This document shows, piece after piece, positions 24,430-38,711 of a DNA stretch of 64,000 nucleotides. Each line of letters begins with the position of its first letter. The stretch's first letter is position 1. Below the pieces are notes generated by a model that did not search any database, was not told the DNA's origin, and was given only the letters and a program-made list of their open reading frames with translations. This DNA comes from Octopus vulgaris (Eukaryota), in the NCBI GenBank assembly GCA_951406725.2, contig OX597817.1:76694001-76758000 (forward strand). Direction: 5' to 3'. Made by a program: the position numbers and the translations under genes.

Positions 24430-25694
24430 AGTGTGTGTGTATGTGTGTGTGTGCGTGTGTGCGTGTATTTATATATATGTATATATATATATTGAGAGAG
24501 AGAGAAAGAAATATATATATGTAATATATATTACACACACACACACACATATTTGTATATATAAGATACTACAAAAGGTGAGATTATATATTACAGGCAT
24601 CTGTAGCGACTGTCATCCAGATATATCTCTGTGTTAGTGTGCGCATGCCCGTACGTGTGTGTGTGTTTGTGTGTGTGTGTGTTTTTTTCTCTTGAGCGTT
24701 CTTGTTTGGCTCTGCTCAAATCACGTATCAAACACTTCATACTTCACTTTTGGGGCGGCTGTAAGTCTCAAATGTTAAAAGCGCAGAATGATACACGATA
24801 GCTTAAATATATTGATATTGTATAACTGTAGCTCATCTCTAGCCGACTAGACCTACCATTCACCTGTAGTTAGCTGGCTGAAAGATCCCGGTACGAACCA
24901 CCGATCAATTGTTTCAGATATGTCATGCCTCCGTTGAGCTGAGAACGACTCCGCAAACACTGATCCACATTCGTTAAACTTTGGGGGTGATATGTGACAC
25001 CTTAAACATGCTGAACCTTGGTTTGTGAATATTTCATGTCAGATATAACTTATTGATATAAATGTATTTATTTTGCAAGATTCCTGATGTGTAATCGTGT
25101 GTTGAAACAGTTATTGTTATATTTCAGGATATGTGTGCATACATACATACATACATACATACATACATACATACAAAAATACCTTGTTGTTGATGTTGAA
25201 ACTCCAATGAATGTGGATCTGGGTTAGAAACCGACTCTTTATCTATTGGCAAGAAATACTAAACAGATACTAAACAAAACAGGTGTCACGCGCGATGAAG
25301 TGTCGATCATTCGTAGCACATTTTCAGAAATACATCAAACTTCTTCTGAATTTCTCTGAACAACTTTCATGCTGTGGAGAGAGGTAGATGAGCAATTTTA
25401 ATCTCGCTTCAGTAAGAATCCCTGTTTCTGTCTTCCTTCTTCGCTTATTCAATTAAATCTTAATCTTTTATCAAAAAGCTTTGTTTTTCTTTTCTCGATC
25501 CCACTCATCTGCGGAGTTATGTTTTATTTTTTGCTTGTTTCAGTCATTAGACAGTCGCCATACTGGGTCATCGCCTCGAAAGGTTTTTGGTCGAACAAAT
25601 CGATTCTAGTACTGTATATTTTAAATTAGTCTGGCACTAATTCTATCGCTGTCTTTTGCCGGGCTGCTATATTACATTGTATTAGGACGTCATT

Positions 25695-26175
25695 AGGGCG
25701 GCGGGTGAAATGCATTGCAGTATTTAGTTGTGATTCTTTACTTCCTGAGTTCAGGTGCCACCGATGTCAACTTTATATTTTATTCTTTCGGGATCGATTA
25801 TATAAAATACGAGCCAAGTTCTGGTGTCAATGTTATCGATTACCCCCACCCCTTAAAAGTATTTACATCGTGCCAAAAATTGAAATATTTACCTTAGATT
25901 TCCTATGGAGTTAGATGAGTAAACAAGATTCCTTGTAGAATTTAGATACTTTACATTTTGAATTTAAGTGCCGTCGGGGTCAACTTTGCTTTCATCTTTT
26001 CGGGGTTGAGAAAATATAGTAAGGATGAAGTACTTGAATCGATGTTATCGTCTAACACCGTCGCTTCAAAATAATTTGTGTGTGTCAAAATTAAAAGTAA
26101 ATATCTCACGTATTACAACTTAAGTCGGGGGATGAGTAGAATCGTTAGGGTGTCCAGTAAAATGCATTGAATTAT
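25695..26175 (+). mobile_element. Tandem diverged SINE family B copies
   Basis: Repeated gtcaacttt...ctttcgggg/at...agtac...tcgat modules. Confidence 0.7.
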
Positions 26176-26185
26176 TTATTTGCTT

Positions 26186-26557
26186 GTTCCGGGTTCAGTT
26201 CCACTGCGTGGCACCTTGGGCAAGTGTCTTCTACTATAGCATCGGGCCGACCAAAGCCTTGTAAGTGAATTTGGTAGACGGAAACTGAAAGAAGCCCGTC
26301 GTATATATTTTTATATTTATATGTGTGTATATGTGTGTATATGTTTGTGTGTCTGTGTTTATCCACCCAACATCGCTTCACAACCGATGCTGGTGTGTTT
26401 ACGCCCCCGTAACTTAGCGGTTCGGCAAAAAGAGACCGATAGAATAAGTACTAAGCTTACAAAGAATAAGTCCTGGGGTCAATTTCCTCGACTAAAGGCG
26501 GTGTTCCAGCATGGCCACAGTCACATGACTGAAACAAGTAAAAGAGTAAAAGAGTAA
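26186..26557 (+). mobile_element. SINE family A (5' clipped)
   Basis: ttccgggttcagttccactgcgtggcaccttgggcaagtg...gactgaaacaagtaaaagagtaaaagag. Confidence 0.9.
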
Positions 26558-27165
26558 AGGTGGCGAACTAGCAGAATTATTAGCACGCGGAACAGAAGGC
26601 TTTGTAGCATTTCGTCCATCTAGTCATTCTGAGTTCAAACTTCGCCAAGGTCGACTTTACTTTTTATCCCTTCGAGGGCGATAAAATAAGTACCATTCAA
26701 GTATTTGAATCGATGAAATCGACTTACACATTTTCTTAAAAACTGCTGGCCCTGTAGTCAAAATAGGCACCATTGTATATTTGTTACTAAAGCGGCGAGT
26801 GGGCAGAGTCCTTACCTGCACCATACAAAATGCTTAGCAGTATCTCTTCCGGAGTTCAAATGCCGCCAAGGTCGACTCTGCCTTTTCTCCTTTTGGTGTC
26901 GATGAAATAATTACTAACTGAACACGGATGTTGATGTAATCCACTAGCGTCTTCACCACAAATTTCAGGGCTCGTGAATATAATAAAATTATTTATTTAT
27001 ATGCTATGCTTTTTGTTCTAGGCTCAAACCCCGCCCAGGTCAACTTCGTCTTTCATCTTTTCAAAGTTGGTGAAATAAAGTACTGATTAAGTCTTGGGAT
27101 AAATGATTTTGACTAACACTCCCTACAAATTTATCGGCTTGAGCCTATGATAAAAATTATTTCCT
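26558..27165 (+). mobile_element. Three head-to-tail SINE family B copies
   Basis: gagttcaaac/at..gccaaggtcgact at ~26630 and ~26852, and a third at ~27020. Confidence 0.8.
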
Positions 27166-27367
27166 AAAAATTACCATTATTTATTTATTTATTTATTTGA
27201 AGTCGTATATTCCTAGAATAACAAAAGAACGTCACAAATTTTCACTGCTTGTTTTTCATTTACATTTCAGATACGATTATGAAGAGATCTTCAACAGCAA
27301 CAAAACATAAAAAACGACAACACCTAGACATGTTTTTACTTATTCATTCATTTTTTTTTTCAGCCAT

Positions 27368-27402
<35 letters not shown>

Positions 27403-28179
27403 CTTAATAACGTCTACTTTACTTAAGCACTTGTATTTATCATACTTTCTTCATTGTCTTGTCACAATTGTTTCAACTACCACAGGTGGTTGTATTTGTT
27501 GTGCAAATTTTAATCATCCAAACAAATTCTTTTCACTGAAATCTTTTCTCACATGAGTCACATCCACAGGATTTACATTGTTGTGGAGGCAGGCATATCC
27601 CGGCTGGTTAAATAAAAAAAAATGCTTCGTGCATAAGGAACTCCCGTGTTTGATTCTCTTGGCGTGACATCGCGGCCAAGTGTTTCTTTTTACCATAGCA
27701 TTTGGAATGCCCTAAGTTTTGTGATTACAGCTAGTTAGACAGAAATTGGGCGGAAGCCCGTCAAATGGACTGTAAATCTGTAATTCAAAGAAACATGCTT
27801 CTTGAATAGTTTATCACACTGATCTAGTCCGAGTATTGCCTTTAACGTAATACTCATCGCACACAGTACAATTCAGTGATTAGTCAATAGTTCAGTTTCA
27901 ATGCTCATCGTCGACACAGGTGGCGATCCATAACGTACTTTTAATTTGTAATTCGGCCTTTAATCTAAGGAGGTTAATGCGAGAACCGTATAAGGATGCT
28001 GTATGCATATTAGAATAAACCTCAAGGCAGCGGATTTTACTTTTAATCCCGCAAGTGTTTTGCCTTTAGTATAACACACACACACACACACACATTGATA
28101 CTATTCTAAAGTACTGTATCTGCCCAAACCATTTTTATAGGTTTGTCCTAAACATCTATGCTTGCTCTTAGACTTTTAG

Positions 28180-28930
28180 TTAGCCATTAAATGAACGGTC
28201 CTTTACGGTTTTCTTGTCGTAGATCATCAATGTAAAGAGATGTTGATGAAACCCGTCTCTCTTCATGCGACATTTCAGCATTGCACTAAAATCCAAAGTA
28301 GACCCTTGTCAAGAAAACAGTGCTTCTGCTGCTTCTACCGGTAGTTTCGATGAGCGTATAACACTTACGCCTATAATATCATACGAACTTTTGAGATTTT
28401 AACGCGGTAACCAGTAGTGTTGGGCTTGATCAGGGGCGCTGTTTTGGCTAAAATAAAGCTTTCCTTTCATAAGTTCCAGGTTACTCTGGTGGGTGGAAAT
28501 GATTAGGAACGTCTATGACACACGGACCCAAGGGAAATTTCTTGTGTGATACACAGGAGAGGTAAAGGGTTAAATTTGTTATTCATGACTAAACGTCCGA
28601 TAAACTGATGACCATCACTCAGAACTAAGAAAACTGATCCAAACTCCACCTTATTTTTAGTCACTGAAAGAACAGCAGCGCCCCTGATCAAGCCCAGCGC
28701 TACCAGTTGTCGCATTAAAATCTCAAAAGTTCGCTTGATGTTATCACGTAAGTGGTATACACTCACCAAAACTACTAGTGGAAGCAGCGGAAGCATTGAT
28801 TTCTTGACGAGGGTCGTGTTTGGATTTTACTATTTAAATGCTGCTTGAAAGGAGATGGGTTTCACTAGCATCTCTTGACATCGATGATCTACTTAAACGA
28901 AGACGAAAAGGAAGCGTTCTTTCAAATAGC
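28180..28930. repeat. Long imperfect inverted repeat (foldback)
   Basis: Left arm agatcatcaatgtaaagagatg...gaacttttgagattttaa...gggcttgatcaggggcgctg is mirrored by cagcgcccctgatcaagccc...ttaaaatctcaaaagttc...catctcttgacatcgatgatct. Confidence 0.88.
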
Positions 28931-29300
28931 TTCTTTGAGCTATTGGAACCATGTTTCTGGTTCCAGACCTTATTGGTCAATGGAAAAGATTAGACAAAAT
29001 AGTTAGACAGGGAAATAAGTGACCGAAAGAAAGTAAAAGCGATAGAATGACATGTAGTAGAGAGAAGAGACAAATGATAAAAATTATGTAGACAGTCAAG
29101 TGAATAGCGAGAAATGTAAATAAGTATGCATATATTTAAATACATTAATAAATTATCTGAGTCGAAATGAGAAATTGTGGCAAGGGATGGACGCTGCAGA
29201 TCAATTTACATAGGTGTTTACACACCCTAAATCACGCAAACTAGCACACATGCGCGCGCACATTCACAACACATTCGCGTACACACATAAGCAAAAGAGC

Positions 29301-29359
<59 letters not shown>

Positions 29360-29554
29360 TGTGTATGTGTGTGTGTGTGTGTATGTATGTATGATTGTAT
29401 GTATGTATGTATGTATATAAATATGTGTAAATAATTTGTACTTTCTATTGTAAGGAAAGATAAAGAATAAGGTACACAATGGAGAAAGATATATATATAT
29501 ATACAAATATTTGTACACGTGTGTGTGTACACACACACAATTATATATATATAT

Positions 29555-29770
29555 TGATTTCAAACTTTGGCACAAATCCAACAATTTCGGGTATAGTATA
29601 CGTTTATTGCATCAACCCCAGTACACCAGTGATAATGATTTTATCAACCCTGAAAGGATGAAAGGCAAAGTCGACCTCGGCAGAATTTCAACTCAGAACG
29701 TGAAGACAGACGAAATGCCGCTAAGCATTTTGCGCGGCGTACTAATGATTTTCCCAGCTCACCGCCTTTG
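29555..29770 (-). mobile_element. SINE family B copy
   Basis: aaaggatgaaaggcaaagtcgacctcggcagaatttcaactcagaacg...ccagctcaccgcctt. Confidence 0.88.
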
Positions 29771-29771
29771 A

Positions 29772-29828
<57 letters not shown>

Positions 29829-29999
29829 TAATAGTGAGAGAACGAGAGACAAAGAAAGAGAAAAGGTGAGAGAGACAGAGCGAGAGAGAAAGAGAGATTC
29901 GACAGCTTCGCAGATGATGGGGAGGGGATCTTGAGGACGAGAAGTTGAAAGAGTACTTTGTGAAATGATCGTGAAATCCAATCTCAGACCCGTAGTTTG

Positions 30000-31100
30000 A
30001 CAGTAGATCTGATGTATAAAAACCGGTACTTCTAATAAGGCTGTTGCACGTTGAATTTCAATGGCAACACAATTTCTTCTTCCTCGCTTTATCCTCTCGC
30101 TCTAATATCAACTTTGATTCCATTTCGTCACGCATATGATGCTTGTTTCAAGAGAATATTGTTTTTTGCGATTGCTTCTCAAGTGACATGGTTTATGGTA
30201 GTTGCTTCCGTATCATGCTTGCACAGATCCTCGTATGATGTCGCAGATGTGGGCAGCATTTGCCTCTCGATTTATATCACTTCAGATGAGCGCAACAGCT
30301 GTTTCGGAATGCGGCCATCATCAATTCAACGGACATGTCAAAAATTTCCCAATTGCCATTGGTAGGCGTAAAAGTGAACATGAAGAGAATGCCTGACCTA
30401 ATAAGTATGCTACTTTAGCAGACTCTGGTGGAGGCGCGTGGCGTTGTGGTTAGGGTGTCGGCATCATGATCGTAAGATTGTGGTTTCGATTCCTGGACCG
30501 GGCGACGCGTTGTGATCTTGAGCAAAACACCTCATTTCACATTGCTCCAGTCCACTCAGCTGGTAAAAATGAGTAACGCTGCGATGGACTGGCATCCCAT
30601 CCAGCTGGGAATACATACGCCATTGAAACCGGGAAACCGGGCACATGAGCCTGGTTAGGACTTAAAAGGGTGCAAAAAAAATAGCAGACCCTATCCGGCC
30701 ATTTGATTCTAAGAATTCTGCCTTGACACCAAACATGAAGCACATGAAGCACATGATTTTGCATTCTTGTGAAGAGTATGTTGTCCACATCACGTTCTTA
30801 TACGGAATTTTTCTGATAGATAACCTCAGGCTTTTGTCTTGGGAAAGAAATAGCTGTCTTTGCCAGTGCACTTCTTGAAGCTTGCACTTAGGGTAATGTT
30901 AGTCTGTAGCCGGCTCATTGACTTATTGAAACTCATGTACTACCCCATTTCATGATGGGTACTCAAGTGTCCTTGTCCCCTAATTTGGGTCTTTTTGAGA
31001 TTATAAGAACCAAGTAGCTACAAACCCTCGAGAATCTGTCCTTATGAAAGCCATCTTCAAAATTGCAGATGGCATCACCAACAAGCAACGTGTCTTTAAT
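30000..31100 (-). pseudogene. Decayed RTE-clade LINE ORF (RT C-terminus), split by a SINE C insertion
   Basis: Minus-strand peptides WTTYSSQE, WCQGRILRIKWPDRV and DDGRIPKQLL on either side of 30430-30682. Confidence 0.75.
30430..30682 (+). mobile_element. SINE family C (tRNA head, CORE-like, V-like segment)
   Basis: A box tggcgttgtgg, B box gtttcgattcc, tgtgatcttgagcaaaacac, ctgcgatggactggcatcccatccag, A-rich end. Confidence 0.85.
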
Positions 31101-32428
31101 AGTAATTTTCCTTATTTCGTTTGGTTTCTTAGTGTAGCTCTGGTGATAAAATCAGAAAGAATGAAACGGTATTGAACAACTGTTTGCTCGGCGTTAATAA
31201 ATAGATGTATTTAACTCTACATTCCCGGTAATTTACTTAGTTTTTTCTCAAAGACACTTTACATCTACAGATGGAACTCATAGTAACAAGAGACTGATTC
31301 GCCAAAGTAAAAATAATATTTATTTAGCCTCTACTTTGGTATTGAGTACTCTTTCTTCTGACTGTCAACATTAAATGCATGCATACATACATACATACAC
31401 TCACATATAGGTATCTATAAATTGTGTGTGTGTATGTGTGTGTATGTAAGTGCTGCAGTGACACTTTTGTTTGCCTGTTCTACGACAAAGCATCATATTC
31501 AGTTCTCACACTTGGTTCTCAACCTTGATGCTTTACGCGCCATAATATACTATAGTTTCTCTTCTGAATTTATTTATTAAATCAGACACAGTGCATTGAA
31601 TCATGGGAAGAGTGAGGCCTTATGACGTTCACATTGTTTCTCCAGAGACAATGACTGATTCAGTTATGCGAGTTTGTTTTTGTTAATCTTCGAAATAAAT
31701 TCTTGAACTCTGCTCACCAGAGACTTCCGGTTAGCCCTATCGTTGTTATAATATAAAGTTACTCTTGAGAATTTCACTTTATTCTAACGACAGACACACA
31801 ACATTAATGCTTATCTGAAAGTTGGCCGAATTGACCCTATTCCATATATTGATGTTACTTCTTTTACCCACCCCTTATTCGAAATTACAATAAAAACGAA
31901 ACAAATTTGAACAGATTTGAACTTAAAACATAAACAGACGAGACTACATATTATAATATTATAAGTAATTCAGTTAGACACCCTACCGTCTCTAGCCAAC
32001 TCTCCTTCTCCACTGTATCAATAACATAATATGATCAATGGTTTATTAAAATAATAATGAAGTGGTGATTTTTGTTTCCATTGTCAGTTGTTGAATTCAT
32101 AAAATCTGTCGGGACTAATTGCGTCAGTTTTGATAATTTAGCCGTCGTTTTATTGGCACATGTAATTCATTTTATATTTAACTTGGGAAGCGGCCATTAT
32201 ATTTTTTTGATATTGTTTAATGTAGTTGTACTTCTTGTTATTATTCATTATGTTGGAAAGCTGTCTGTTAATGGAGATGGTGGAGACAGCAGAACACCAA
32301 TTAAATGCTTTATGCTATTTAGTTTCACCCCTCCTTACACCCTTTGTCCTCAGTTCAAATCCAGACACATTCAACTTTGTCTTTGATTCCAATAGAGATG
32401 GTGGTGAGGGAGAAGCAGAGATTTTTTT

Positions 32429-33103
32429 TTTATTAAATCCCACCTACATCTGAACAATTCTGCTTGTACTAAATGAAAAGAAATAGTAATTCATTATACC
32501 AGCGAACATCAAAATCGTGGTGTGGGGACAGCAATGAAAGAGGGTACTGAATTTATGTCTTACAGCGTGTATCAGTACCAGTAATAAACTGGTTCCGTTA
32601 AGCTTCTTCTTCCTTTGCAAAAAGGATTCAATTATAGTTAAAAATGTGAACTTGCACTAACAAAGTAGTGCTGGGGACGCTTGAAGTAGTTGATCTTTTA
32701 TTTTACACTTGCTTCAATCATTAGACTGGGACCATGATGGGGCTCCGTCTTGAAGAATTCTTTATTAAATTCCACCTACATCTGAACAATTCAGCTTGTA
32801 CTAAATGAAAAGAAATAGTAATTCATTATACCTGCGAACATCAAAATCGGGGTGTGGGGACAGCAATGAAAGTAGGGTACTGAATTTATGTCTTACAGAG
32901 CTTCTCGGTGTCCATCAGTACCAGTAATAAACTGGTTCCGTTAAGCTTCTTCCTTCTTTGCAAAAAAGATTCATTTATAGTTAAAAATGAGAACTTGCAC
33001 TAACAAAGTAGTGCTAGGGACGCTTGAAGTGGTTAATCTTTTATTTTTCTTTTGCTTCAATCATTAGACTGGGGCCATGCTGGGGCTCCGTCTTGAAGAA
33101 TTC
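32429..33103. repeat. Direct tandem duplication of ~335-340 bp
   Basis: 32429-32760 is highly similar to 32761-33103, with small indels. Confidence 0.95.
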
Positions 33104-33285
33104 TTAGTCGAACGGATCGATCCCTGTACCTATTTTCTTCAAGTATGGCACTTATTCTATTGGTCACATAGGTCGAACCACTATGTTACAGGGACGTAAA
33201 CACACCAGCACCGGTTGGCAATCTGTGGGAGGGGGGACAAACACAGTCACAAAGACATACACAAACGCTTGCACGCAAGCACCCC

Positions 33286-33369
<84 letters not shown>

Positions 33370-33388
33370 TAACAGGCTTCTTTCAGTA
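33035..33388 (-). mobile_element. SINE family A, 3' two-thirds
   Basis: gcttcaatcattagactggggccatgctgggg...gggacgtaaacacaccagcaccggttg...ggcttctttcag. Confidence 0.8.
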
Positions 33389-35239
33389 TACAACAACAGT
33401 ATCAGACTACGTGAGTTCAGATTGGCATAGTAGTGTTTCTAAACAATGTATATCATTTTACATGCTTCATTCTACCCTGAGGTATGTACATTCCTGTGCA
33501 TATTACAGTGCACACCATTCTACATTCTTCAAGATCTGATGCCAAGTTCAGACTTGGAGCCAGATCTTAGAGCATATATTAGATGTATTAGATCTTGAAT
33601 CTTGGATTCAATTGATAGTCCGCCGATCCATACAATAGGACAACAAAGAAACTGGACTAAAACGCAGCGCTTTGCATCTCTCAATATCTCAATATTCTGT
33701 GAAAAAAATGTTGGAGGCAGCAAATAATCAATATTTTAAAGAAACATTCAGTTTATATCTCCGGACATCTTAAATTTTAAATGTAGTCAAATAAGACTAG
33801 GCACTTTATCCGATGTTGATCGATAATAATTACCAATATCATGCTTGGATAGATAACATTGACTTACTATAAATTATTTTCCCTGTTTCGGGAAGTGTTG
33901 CGTTCGAAGTAAGTAGAAAACTAATACAAACACTTTACAAAATTTAGTTACAAATTACTTCCGAAAAACCTCGCGGCAGCAGATTTTGTCCTTTTCCCCT
34001 CTAGTGTCTTTCCTGTAGAATCACATACCAGTAATATATTTAGGCTAATCTAATCTCTTATACCAGGCGCCATCTATCAAGTTAACTTTATAATTTATTA
34101 TTTCCTCTATAAACTAGGACTGTTAAAACGCAGAATTAAAATCTACAGAATCTAAAGAAAGTTTTCGTTCCCCGGCCGAAATTATTTCACATCACTTACT
34201 CTGCCAATATATTTAGGAATGGAATTACTGTCACGACATCCGATTTTCCGCTCCCTTAACCAAATAGGATATTTGTTCCTTATTCAAAAGAAACCATTAT
34301 TTTTCTTCATCTATTCGCTTATTTTATTTTATTTTATACATTATTCAAGTCCATTTTTTTACTTCTTTTTATTATCCTGTTCGTTATTTGTTTGACTAAG
34401 GTGCGTCAATGATCGCTTCGGAAAAAGGAAAAACAAAAAATGAGCATATTATAAAAGTTCTTGTTAACTTAAACTCATTTCCCTCCGAACAGCCTGTTAT
34501 ATGAAAGAGGACGTGGGGTGATGGTTGATAGATGTTGAGAGAAGAGCGTATGAGGGGAAAGACAGAGGGTTTGTGGTTTGGAATTTCGGTATTTGGGAAG
34601 TGGAATGAATGAGGGCAGACGTGGGGAGGGGAAGGCAGTTAAATATCGATAATGCCTGGAATGTCTGATAGAATTGACGATATAAGACGACGGTGGTGGA
34701 GACGATGATATCGATGAAGACTTTGAAGCTATTCAGGATGCTGATGATGCTGATGATGATGATAGGCGGGTGATGGTAAATATTGATAATAATGGCATTA
34801 GTATTACCGAAGATGATGATGAAGATGATGATAATAATGATGATGATGATGATTAAGATGATGATAATAATGATGATGATGATGATTAAGATGATGATAA
34901 TGATGATGATGATGATGATGATAATAATGGTTTCTTTATTCACTATATGGACATCTCAAATACTAAAACAAGCAATGTAATACACTTTAGGGAGTAAATA
35001 CAAAGCCACAACTATGTAAAGTTTTCATATACATACATACATACATACATATATATATACACATATACACTTTCCCACATATACTCAAACGTTCACGTAC
35101 ACACACGTATATGTATGTGCATCTATATGTGTATGTGTGTGTGTATGTGTGTGTGCTTGTGTGTGTGTGTGTGTGAGTTTCTGTGTGCGTGTTTGTGTGA
35201 ATTTATATGTGAATAGTAAAATATATTTCGACAATAATA

Positions 35240-36107
35240 ATTCCAATTTTGGCCTAAGGCTATCAGTTTTAGAGCGCTGGCGTGAGTTAATTACATCGAC
35301 CCAATACGTGACTGGTACTTTATTTTATCGAACCCGAAAGGTAAAGTTAACGTTGGTGTGATTTGGACTCAGAGAGGAAGATATATAAAGAAATGCCGTT
35401 AAGCGTTTTATTCGACGCGCTAAAGATACTGTTAGCTCAGTGCCATAATGATAGAAGTTTCAAATCTGTACAGGGTCAGCAGATTTTAAAGGGAGGGGGG
35501 AATCGATTACATTGAAACCAGTAATAAACTGGTGCTTAGTTTACTGACATCAAATGGATGAAAGGCAAACCGACCTCAGTGGAATTTGAACTCAGAACAT
35601 ACGCTCGCAAGAAATGGCGTTAAGTCTTTTCTCCAACGCGCTAACGATTCTGCTAACATTCTTCATTGAATAACGGTTTCAAATTTTGGCACAATGCCAG
35701 TAATTTCAAGCTAGTGAGTAAGTCAGTTACATCGACCTGAGTGCTCAACTAGTACATATTCTATCGGCACCAAATGGTTAACCTCGGTGACATTGAATTC
35801 AGAACGTACAGACGGACGAAATGCCGCTAATCATTTTGTCCGGCATGCAAATAGCTCAACCAAGTGTCGCCTTGCATGTTAATAATAATAATAATCCTTT
35901 CGACTATAAGCACAAGGCCTGAAATCTGAGGGAGGGGACTAGACGATTACATCGACACCAGTGCGCAACTGGTACTTATTTCATCGATTCCGATCGAACG
36001 AAAGGCAAAGTCGGCCTCGGTAGAATTTGAACTCAGAACGTAAGGCCGAACGAAATGCTACTAAGCCTTTTGCCCGGCGTGCGAACGATTCTGCCTGCTC
36101 GCCACCT

Positions 36108-36108
<1 letters not shown>
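35240..36108 (-). mobile_element. Array of four head-to-tail SINE family B copies
   Basis: Repeated acatcgac..agt..actggtact...gaaaggcaaa...gaatttgaactcagaac modules, all on the minus strand. Confidence 0.85.
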
Positions 36109-36508
<400 letters not shown>

Positions 36509-37058
36509 TATCCCCTGATGCAGTACCATGCAGTGGCTTCATGGCTTCTGATCGTAACAGATTGGAAGTGATATCAGGTACATTGTTTCGTCTTGGTATA
36601 AAAGTTGGGCTGCATCCAATATTCTGCTCAATATCACAGATTTGCTTTTCAGTTGCTTGACCGTAACCTGTTGAGCATGTCCCTTAGTGTCTGACGATAT
36701 GTGCATTTCTTATCATGAGCAGAAGGGGAGCAGAATAGACATTTGTTGAGGGGTATTCTTTGGGGTTTGGATACTTCACCATTCGAAACATTGGTGTTTC
36801 GTTCAATATCCTTAAACAACCTTTATTCAGGGATCTTTTGAGTGGGATGGGCTACTCGACCTGAAGAAAATTCTAACTGCGCCCCACCTGCAAGATCATG
36901 CGATGTTTATCTTGATATAAGATCACTATGTCGCGCACATATGATTGTGTTGCATGTGCCTGGTGTACACTTAGCAGAAGAGTAGTCATGATGGGTATAC
37001 TGGGCTTCGTATACTTTACCCGTGTCCCTTTGATGACACGCACTGCTCTCTCACTCAA
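36509..37058 (+). mobile_element. ~550-bp complex insert bounded by (AAT)n on both sides, probably a retroelement 3' segment
   Basis: GC-richer block ending gcactgctctctcactc|aatgataatgataataat; no ORF recognised. Confidence 0.45.
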
Positions 37059-37066
37059 TGATAATG

Positions 37067-37122
<56 letters not shown>

Positions 37123-37233
37123 TTCATTATACATTTTACACACACGCGCGCACACACACATACACTCTACTGCTACTCTACAAAGTTTATGGATGAATAT
37201 ACATAGTGCACATCCCTACAAAGCACGCACATA

Positions 37234-37310
<77 letters not shown>

Positions 37311-37586
37311 TACATACATACATACATACATACATACACATGTGTATGTCTGAGAGAGTGTGCGTGTGTGTGTGTGTGTTTCTGAGCATATATACACAGG
37401 TATATATATCATTTGAGTCATAAGAATTTATTGTAACCCAATATTTACATAATATTTATAGTTTATCTACTTCGAGTTCTACAACTAAAAACGGATTATA
37501 TACATATATTTTCATGCGCACACAAAACCACATACATATATGTATTTGCCCACAAAGGTACATACGAATATATATAACTATATAAT

Positions 37587-37623
<37 letters not shown>

Positions 37624-38139
37624 GTATATATATATTTATATGTATACATACATGCAAAAATATATATATATACAGACATACATATATACATACATATATA
37701 TATATATATATATATGTATATGTGTGTGTGTGTGCGTGTGTGTGTGTATCTATATATACACTGTATCGACCAATACAGATAGCCACAAGGCGAAAGGGTG
37801 CTATTCACTTAGAAGAAAGAGCTATATCCTTTGTTAGTGATCGGCTCGAATTCTGGAAAAGAAAGCACTTAGAAACTTCTCCCTAAATCGTACCTACATG
37901 AATATATATATATTCATTTATGTATATATATATATATATATATACATTTATGTATATTCATTTATGTATATATATATAATATCTATATAAATATACATAT
38001 ATATATGAATATAAATAAATGAATATATATACATGTATGTATATATACGACCGCGTGTGTGTGTGTAATATATGTGTATACAGACGCATGTGCACACATA
38101 TGCATAAACATCAGTATATTATACGTATGTATTCTTTTA

Positions 38140-38510
38140 TTGTCTTACTTGTTCCAGTCATTTGACTACGGCCATGCTGGAGTACCGCGTTTAGTCGAAC
38201 AGATCGACCCTAGGATTTTTACTTTGTAAGTCTAGTACTTATTCTATCGGCATCTTTTACCGAGCCGCTAGGTTACGTTGACGTAAACACACCAACGTCG
38301 GTTGTCAAGCGAAAATGGAGAGACAAACGCACATACACACACACATACACAGACACATATACGATGGGATTCTTTCAGTTTTCATCTACCAAATCCACTC
38401 GCAAGGCTTTAGTCGGCATGAGGCTATAGCAGAAGACACTTGCTGAAGGTCCCACGGAGTGGGATTGAACCATGTGGTTGGGAGGCCACCTCCTTACCAC
38501 ACAGCCACAC
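38140..38510 (-). mobile_element. SINE family A, full length
   Basis: All modules present in reverse orientation. Confidence 0.88.
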
Positions 38511-38593
38511 CTATATGTATATACATATATGTGTGTACATATATATATATATATATATACACACATACATATATATATATATGTATATGCATA

Positions 38594-38646
<53 letters not shown>

Positions 38647-38651
38647 GTCTA

Positions 38652-38711
<60 letters not shown>

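Noticed and set aside
28600-28625. ctgatga motif as a hammerhead
   Set aside because: No stem II/GAAA/stem I arrangement.
33390-33490. Possible plus-strand exon (ttctttcag ... ctgag|gtatgt)
   Set aside because: The acceptor is SINE A sequence and the peptide is unrecognisable.
34040-34270. Possible promoter or enhancer (ggcgccatct motif in unique sequence)
   Set aside because: Short motifs alone are insufficient, and no linked gene is visible.
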